From: Syntrophorhabdaceae bacterium
Lineage (GTDB): Bacteria > Desulfobacterota > Syntrophorhabdia > Syntrophorhabdales > Syntrophorhabdaceae
Assembly (NCBI GenBank): GCA_963665295.1
Contig: OY762209.1
Span: forward strand, 3,168,001 to 3,232,000
Length of the DNA stretch: 64,000 bases
Reading direction: 5' to 3'
A model generated the notes under the pieces. It was not told the DNA's origin, made no database searches, and saw nothing but the letters and a program-made list of their open reading frames with translations. Below, in pieces: positions 58,913 through 64,000 of this stretch. The position numbers and the translations under genes were made by a program. How positions within the stretch are numbered: position 1 is the first letter of the stretch; each line of letters starts with the position of its first letter.

Positions 58913-60367
58913 ATGTTCGAGCAGGCTTTCAGAAACATCGATGACGTCCTTCGAAAAGAAGCGGGCTGCACCACCGAGCTTGATTACACAGAGCAGACCT
59001 CCTGGCTGCTTTTCCTGAAATATCTTGACGATTTGGAGCAGGATAAGGCGGTAGAAGCGAAACTCGAAGGCAGGAAATACACCCGTATCCTCGAAGAGCC
59101 TTATCGCTGGGAGAAATGGGCTGCGCCCAGGGATAAAGAGGGCAAGCTCGACCATAACCTTGCGATGACGGGTGACGATCTCACCACCTTCGTGGACCGG
59201 AAGCTCTTCCCACACCTTCAGGGTTTCAAGACAAGAGCAAGCGGACCGAACACCATCGAGTACAAGATCAGTGAGATATTCGGCGAAATCAAGAACAAGA
59301 TTTCCTCAGGCTATAACCTTCGAGAGATCATCGAGCAGATCGATGAGCTTCATTTCCGTTCTCAAACGGAGAAACACGAACTCTCACACCTCTATGAAGC
59401 CAAGATCAGAAACATGGGCAATGCGGGACGCAACGGCGGCGAGTACTACACTCCACGCCCCTTGATCCGCGCCATGGTGCAGGTGGTGAAGCCGAAGATC
59501 GGGGAGCGCATCTATGACGGTGCGGTCGGCTCGGCAGGCTTTCTGTGCGAGGCTTTCGATTACATACGGTCACACAATAAGCTCACTACTAAGGACCTTG
59601 AAACGCTCCAGACCAACACCTTCTACGGCAAGGAGAAGAAGTCCCTTGCCTATGTCATCGGCATCATGAACATGATCCTCCATGGCATCGAAGCTCCGAA
59701 CATCATCCATACCAATACCCTGACCGAAAACAGTGCAGACATTCAGGAGAGGGACCGCTTCGACGTGATCCTGACCAACCCTCCGTTCGGCGGCAAAGAG
59801 CGCAAGGAAGTGCAGCAAAACTTCTCAATCCGCACGGGTGAGACGGCGTTCCTCTTTCTGCAGCACTTCATCAAAATTCTCAAGGCCGGCGGAAGAGCAG
59901 GCGTAGTTATCAAAAATACCTTTCTCTCGGGCACGGACAATGCCTCTGTGAGCCTGCGAAAGCTACTCCTGGAAAGCTGTAACCTTCACACGGTACTCGA
60001 CTGCCCCGGGGGAACATTCCAGGGCGCAGGTGTGAAGACCGTGGTGCTTTTCTTCGAGAAGGGAGCACCTACTCGAAAGGTCTGGTACTATCAGCTTGAC
60101 CCCGGTCGAAGCCTGGGCAAGACAAATCCACTTAACGACGATGACCTCACCGAGTTTGTGAGGTTGGAAGAGACTCATGCAGATTCCCGGAAAAGCTGGA
60201 GTATAGACGCCGAGAATATCGACCAGACAACCTTTGACCTCTCCGTAAAGAATCCGAATAATGGCGGAGAGGTAAAGCACCGGAGCCCGAAGGAAATATT
60301 TGATGAGATCACGAGACTGGATGCCGAAAGCGCGGAGGTCATGCAAGCGATCAAGAGGCTCTTATGA
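58913..60367 (+). CDS. hsdM: Type I restriction-modification N6-adenine methyltransferase subunit
   Basis: EQ.SWLLFLKYLDD, GEYYTPR, YDGAVGSAGFL, NMILHG, LTNPPFGG. Confidence 0.95.
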   Translation: MFEQAFRNIDDVLRKEAGCTTELDYTEQTSWLLFLKYLDDLEQDKAVEAKLEGRKYTRILEEPYRWEKWAAPRDKEGKLDHNLAMTGDDLTTFVDRKLFPHLQGFKTRASGPNTIEYKISEIFGEIKNKISSGYNLREIIEQIDELHFRSQTEKHELSHLYEAKIRNMGNAGRNGGEYYTPRPLIRAMVQVVKPKIGERIYDGAVGSAGFLCEAFDYIRSHNKLTTKDLETLQTNTFYGKEKKSLAYVIGIMNMILHGIEAPNIIHTNTLTENSADIQERDRFDVILTNPPFGGKERKEVQQNFSIRTGETAFLFLQHFIKILKAGGRAGVVIKNTFLSGTDNASVSLRKLLLESCNLHTVLDCPGGTFQGAGVKTVVLFFEKGAPTRKVWYYQLDPGRSLGKTNPLNDDDLTEFVRLEETHADSRKSWSIDAENIDQTTFDLSVKNPNNGGEVKHRSPKEIFDEITRLDAESAEVMQAIKRLL

Positions 60368-60468
60368 GAGTGGGATGGAAACGCGAGTTCCTGCATAATC
60401 TGTGCGAGGTCTTCGTGGATGGTGACTGGATTGAAAGCAAGGATCAGTCGCGGCATGGTATCCGACTA
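60364..60468 (+). pseudogene. hsdS: hsdS 5' fragment (35 codons), interrupted by IS630-family element
   Basis: ATGA overlap with hsdM; MRVGWKREFLHNLCEVFVDGDWIESKDQSRHGIRL joins in frame to VQTGNVGEG after the IS. Confidence 0.88.
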
Positions 60469-60476
60469 GTGTCACG

Positions 60477-61100
60477 TCACTCATCTAATGTCGGATAAAG
60501 TCGCCTAAGTTTCACCCGCGCATCCTTAGTAGTAAATTGCCAGTTCACCTTTGCGTTGAGATTGTCGCGATGGGCCTGCCAGGCAGACACGGCGGAGTGG
60601 ACCTCGGCGAGAGTGTCGATCCGGCGACTCAGGCATTGATGAATGAGCACGTTAAGCTCAATCTCCGCCATATTGAGCCAGCTTCCATGTTTGGGAGTAT
60701 AGACGAATTCAAAGCGGTCCCAGATGCGTTTGGCCTCTTCGGGAGAAAAGGCTTCATAAAGAGAGCCGGGTTTATGGGTGTTCAGGTTATCCATGACAAG
60801 GGTGATCCTTTTGGCCTTTCCATACCGTCCTGAAAGTTCCCGGATGAACTCCGCCCAGTCGCGCTTCGTTCTCCTTTCCGATACCTTGGTCAGGCGCGTG
60901 CCCGCCAATGGTTCGTTGGCCATAAATACGGTACAGACGCCACATCGCTCGTATTCGTAGTCGTGACGCTCGAGCCGTCCCGGAGCGCGGGGAATCGGGG
61001 TACGCGTTTCTTTGATCAGTTGTCTTGGGGTTTCATCCATACAGACCACCGGGAATCTTTTATCATACGGGCGTTTATATACATCGAGTACGTTCTCCAT
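60477..61100 (-). CDS. IS630 transposase, DDE catalytic part (orfB; reading frame extends upstream to the A-run)
   Basis: VVCMDE, LVMDNL.TH, YTPKHGSWLNMAEIE; stop codon inside the TIR. Confidence 0.92.
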   Translation of the reverse strand: MENVLDVYKRPYDKRFPVVCMDETPRQLIKETRTPIPRAPGRLERHDYEYERCGVCTVFMANEPLAGTRLTKVSERRTKRDWAEFIRELSGRYGKAKRITLVMDNLNTHKPGSLYEAFSPEEAKRIWDRFEFVYTPKHGSWLNMAEIELNVLIHQCLSRRIDTLAEVHSAVSAWQAHRDNLNAKVNWQFTTKDARVKLRRLYPTLDE

Positions 61101-61113
61101 GGCGGCGACGAAA

Positions 61114-61608
61114 TCAGCATTGCCCTCCGGTGGAATGACCCATCCTTGCTGCTTCCAGGGTTTTGTTTCGTTTTTTTAAAACCCGACGCACGGTTTCATA
61201 GGAGATATTCTCGATATAATTGAGCGCTACGGCCCGGTTCGCGAGCATACGCAAGGTCCACCTCGCAAAACCTTCTGGTGGTTCGCTACAGCTCAAGGCA
61301 ATGAGGTGGGCCTCGAAATCGCCATCCGCCTTCTTCTCGTAGACTCGCTCTGCTTTGTGTCCGGTAAGGGCAGTCTCAAGTCCTTCTTCCACGAATCGCT
61401 TTTTTACTCTATCTATCTTACGCATGCTGATTCGCAACACTGCCGATATATCCTCGTTCTTCATCGGGTGGTCCTGGAACCGGCCCTGATCGCAATTGAG
61501 AAGAACCAGCGCATTGAGCACCTTTTGGGCTTTATGATTTCCTTTTTGCACCACGCCTTCAAGTTCCTTTCGCTCTTCTTTTTCGAGCACCACCCTATAT
61601 TTTATCAT
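61114..61608 (-). CDS. IS630 transposase, HTH part (orfA)
   Basis: RVKKRFVEEGLE, CSEPPEG.ARWTLR.LA, ISYETVRRVLKK; GGGGAGG RBS. Confidence 0.9.
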   Translation of the reverse strand: MIKYRVVLEKEERKELEGVVQKGNHKAQKVLNALVLLNCDQGRFQDHPMKNEDISAVLRISMRKIDRVKKRFVEEGLETALTGHKAERVYEKKADGDFEAHLIALSCSEPPEGFARWTLRMLANRAVALNYIENISYETVRRVLKKRNKTLEAARMGHSTGGQC

Positions 61609-61645
61609 TCGGACCTCCCCATGGTGAAATTTAACCCTTGAGGAG

Positions 61646-61674
61646 ATTCTATATCATACTATACGACATTACAA
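61646..61674 (-). promoter_or_regulatory. Sigma70-type transposase promoter at the IS end
   Basis: Minus strand TTGTAA-17 bp-TAGAAT. Confidence 0.6.
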
Positions 61675-61690
61675 GTGTGATGTGACACTA

Positions 61691-62785
61691 GTGCAAACCG
61701 GTAATGTTGGCGAAGGAGTATTCAAAGACCGAGATGAGAAGGCCCGTTATATCTCGGAGGGTACATTTGAGAGGTTGCGCTGCACGGAAATCTTCGGAAC
61801 CGATTGTCTCATTTCTCGCTTGCCTGATCCAGTTGGACGAAGCTGCATATTACCGAATGCAGGCGCCAGAATGATCACAGCTGTCGATTGCACTATCGTA
61901 CGCTTTGATCTAGCGCAATTACTTCCGGCCTTCTTCAATTACTACTCGCAGTCTCCCGAATATCTCAGCGCTGTAGACTCAGAAACTACCGGCACGACGC
62001 GGAAACGAATCAGCAGAACCAAGTTGGGGCTTATTCCGATTCCAGTTCCCCCAATTGAGGAGCAGCAGCGGATAGTCCGCATCCTCGACGAAGCGTTCGA
62101 TGGCATAACCACCGCCAAGGCAAACACCGAAAAGAACCTCCAGAATGCCCGTGCTTTGTTCGAGAGTCACCTCCAATCAATGTTTGTGCAAAGGGGTGAG
62201 GGATGGACACGGAAGAGCGTCGGAGAAGTCAGTACACATTCGTTGGGCAAAATGCTCGACAAGGCAAAGAACAAGGGTAAACCTGAACGTTATTTGAGAA
62301 ACCTCAATGTGCGCTGGTTCGACTTCGATTTGTCTGATCTTCTAGAAATGCGTTTCCTTCCCGAAGAGGTAGATAAGTATACAGTCGTCAGAGGGGACGT
62401 TCTCATCTGTGAGGGCGGATATCCAGGACGAGCAGCTATCTGGCAGGAGGATTACCCTATCTATTTCCAAAAGGCGCTTCACCGCGTCAGATTCCACAAT
62501 CCTGATTACAACAGATGGTTTGTATATTTTTTGTATTCTCAGGATAGGAGTGGAGACCTTCGACAGCACTTCTCGGGAACGGGCATTCAGCACTTCACAG
62601 GAGAAACATTGGACCATTACACGGTTCCGATTCCTCCCCTTGCCGAACTAGATCGTCTCCTTCCACATATGGATGGGTTACTAAGGGAAACCGAACGGCT
62701 CGAATCCATCTACCAGAGAAAGCTTGATACCTTGGACGAATTAAAGAAGTCCCTGCTATACCACGCCTTCAGCGGCCAACTTTAG
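61691..62785 (+). pseudogene. hsdS: hsdS 3' fragment (rest of TRD1, conserved spacer, TRD2)
   Basis: IPVPPIEEQQRIVRILD, second repeat IPPLAE...LDELKKSLL..AFSGQL; reconstructed HsdS is 399 aa. Confidence 0.9.
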
Positions 62786-62792
62786 GAGGACC

Positions 62793-64000
62793 ATGAACGA
62801 AGCCGAAACCAGAGCCGAATATATCGATCCCGCTCTCAAGGCGGCGGGTTGGGGCGTGGTTGAGGGTAGCCGGATTCGGCGTGAGTACCCGATCACGCGG
62901 GGCCGGATCGAAGGGCGTGGCTTACGAGCGAAACCCCTCATCGCTGATTACGTGCTGGAGTACCGCAACACGAAGCTTGCGGTGGTTGAAGCGAAGGCAT
63001 GGGACGAGGAATTGACCGAAGGCGTGGCGCAGGCGAAGAATTATGCGGGCAAGCTTTCCGTAAGGTTCACCTACTCATCCAATGGTCAGGGTATCTATGG
63101 CATCGACATGCAGACCGGCAAAGAGGGCAAAGTCTCAACCTATCATACGCCGCAGGAACTCTGGAACCTGACCTTTACCGAGCCGAACCCGTGGCGGGAC
63201 CGATTCTCCGCTATCCCGTTTGAGGACAAGGGCGGATCACATCCAAGCCGCTATTATCAGGACATTGCGGTTGAGCGGGTCATGGAGGCTATCGCGGCGG
63301 ACAGACCGAGAATTCTCCTCACCCTCGCCACAGGAACCGGCAAGACCTTCATTGCCTTCCAGATCGCGTGGAAGCTCTTTCATTCGCGCTGGAACCTGAG
63401 CCGGCAACCGTCCCGCCGCCCGAGAATTCTATTCCTCGCGGATCGCAACCTTCTCGCGAATCAGGCATACAACGCCTTTTCCTCTTTTCCTGAAGACGCC
63501 ATGGTGCGCATTGCCCCTGCGGATATCAGGAAGAAGGGGAAGGTGCCGAAAAACGGGAGCATCTTCTTCACGATCTTCCAGACCTTCATGAGCGGGCCTG
63601 ATGACACGCCCTATTTCGGCAAGTACCCACCGGACTTTTTCGACTTCATCGTTATCGACGAATGTCATCGCGGCGGGGCGAACGATGAGAGCAACTGGCG
63701 GGATATTATGGAGTACTTCGGTCCCGCTGTGCAACTCGGACTCACTGCCACGCCCAAACGCATGGACAACCTTGACACCTATGCATACTTTGGAGAGCCG
63801 GTCTACATTTACTCTTTGAAGGAGGGCATCAACGACGGTTATCTCACGCCATTCAAGGTGAAGCAAATCTCGACGACCCTCGATGAGTACATATATACTC
63901 CGGACGACGAGGTGGTTGAGGGTTCAATCGTGGCTGACAAGCGGTACACGGAGACCGACTTCAACAGGATCATCGAGATCAGGGAGCGCGAGGCGCACCG
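62793..64000 (+). CDS. hsdR: Type I restriction endonuclease subunit R (EcoAI/FtnUII-like), runs off the window end
   Basis: Not in the ORF track because no stop; AGGAGG RBS; MNEAETRAEYIDP, ADYVL...VVEAK, QAKNY, RYYQ, LATGTGKT, LFLADR, IDECHRGG, GLTATP. Confidence 0.95.
   Translation, partial: MNEAETRAEYIDPALKAAGWGVVEGSRIRREYPITRGRIEGRGLRAKPLIADYVLEYRNTKLAVVEAKAWDEELTEGVAQAKNYAGKLSVRFTYSSNGQGIYGIDMQTGKEGKVSTYHTPQELWNLTFTEPNPWRDRFSAIPFEDKGGSHPSRYYQDIAVERVMEAIAADRPRILLTLATGTGKTFIAFQIAWKLFHSRWNLSRQPSRRPRILFLADRNLLANQAYNAFSSFPEDAMVRIAPADIRKKGKVPKNGSIFFTIFQTFMSGPDDTPYFGKYPPDFFDFIVIDECHRGGANDESNWRDIMEYFGPAVQLGLTATPKRMDNLDTYAYFGEPVYIYSLKEGINDGYLTPFKVKQISTTLDEYIYTPDDEVVEGSIVADKRYTETDFNRIIEIREREAH

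Larger units (their letters stand above)
60469..61688 (-). mobile_element. IS630-family insertion sequence, 1220 bp, TA target duplication in a CTAG site
   Basis: TIRs GTGTCACGTCACTCATCTAATGTCGGAT vs GTGTCACATCACACTTGTAATGTCGTAT (23/28); TA at 60467-68 and 61689-90; split HTH + DDE transposase. Confidence 0.93.

Noticed and set aside
1..64000. CRISPR arrays, tRNA/rRNA genes, integrase or prophage genes
   Set aside because: No regularly spaced repeats, RNA-gene signatures or phage/integrase motifs seen by eye; a covariance-model scan was not possible

Overview
Bacterial DNA with roughly even GC content; gene style suggests an anaerobic Gram-negative organism, possibly Desulfobacterota/Syntrophorhabdia-like (inference only). 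(1) 25-54370 is one co-oriented surface-polysaccharide locus of about 50 genes. It opens with a Wza/Wzc/PHP-phosphatase export module that also contains a TPR+carbohydrate-binding protein and a membrane-anchored J-domain protein. It also carries an ABC exporter (wzm/wzt), two O-antigen ligase/polymerase-like genes, wecB and a WbpA-like dehydrogenase, a NeuB-centred nonulosonate block with formyl-, amido- and amidino-transferase candidates, nine SAM methyltransferases, an MBOAT acylation pair, a radical SAM enzyme, many glycosyltransferases and a TagA/WecG + WecA pair. No wzx was recognised. (2) 54540-58701 holds a small Zn-ribbon membrane protein and a MASE3/PAS/GAF sensor joined out of frame to the second half of a REC-HD-GYP regulator, apparently by a deletion. 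(3) 58913-64000 is a type I restriction-modification operon (hsdM-hsdS-hsdR) whose hsdS is split by an intact 1220-bp IS630-family element. No rRNA, tRNA or CRISPR array was seen. All calls are motif-based by eye; no database searches were run.
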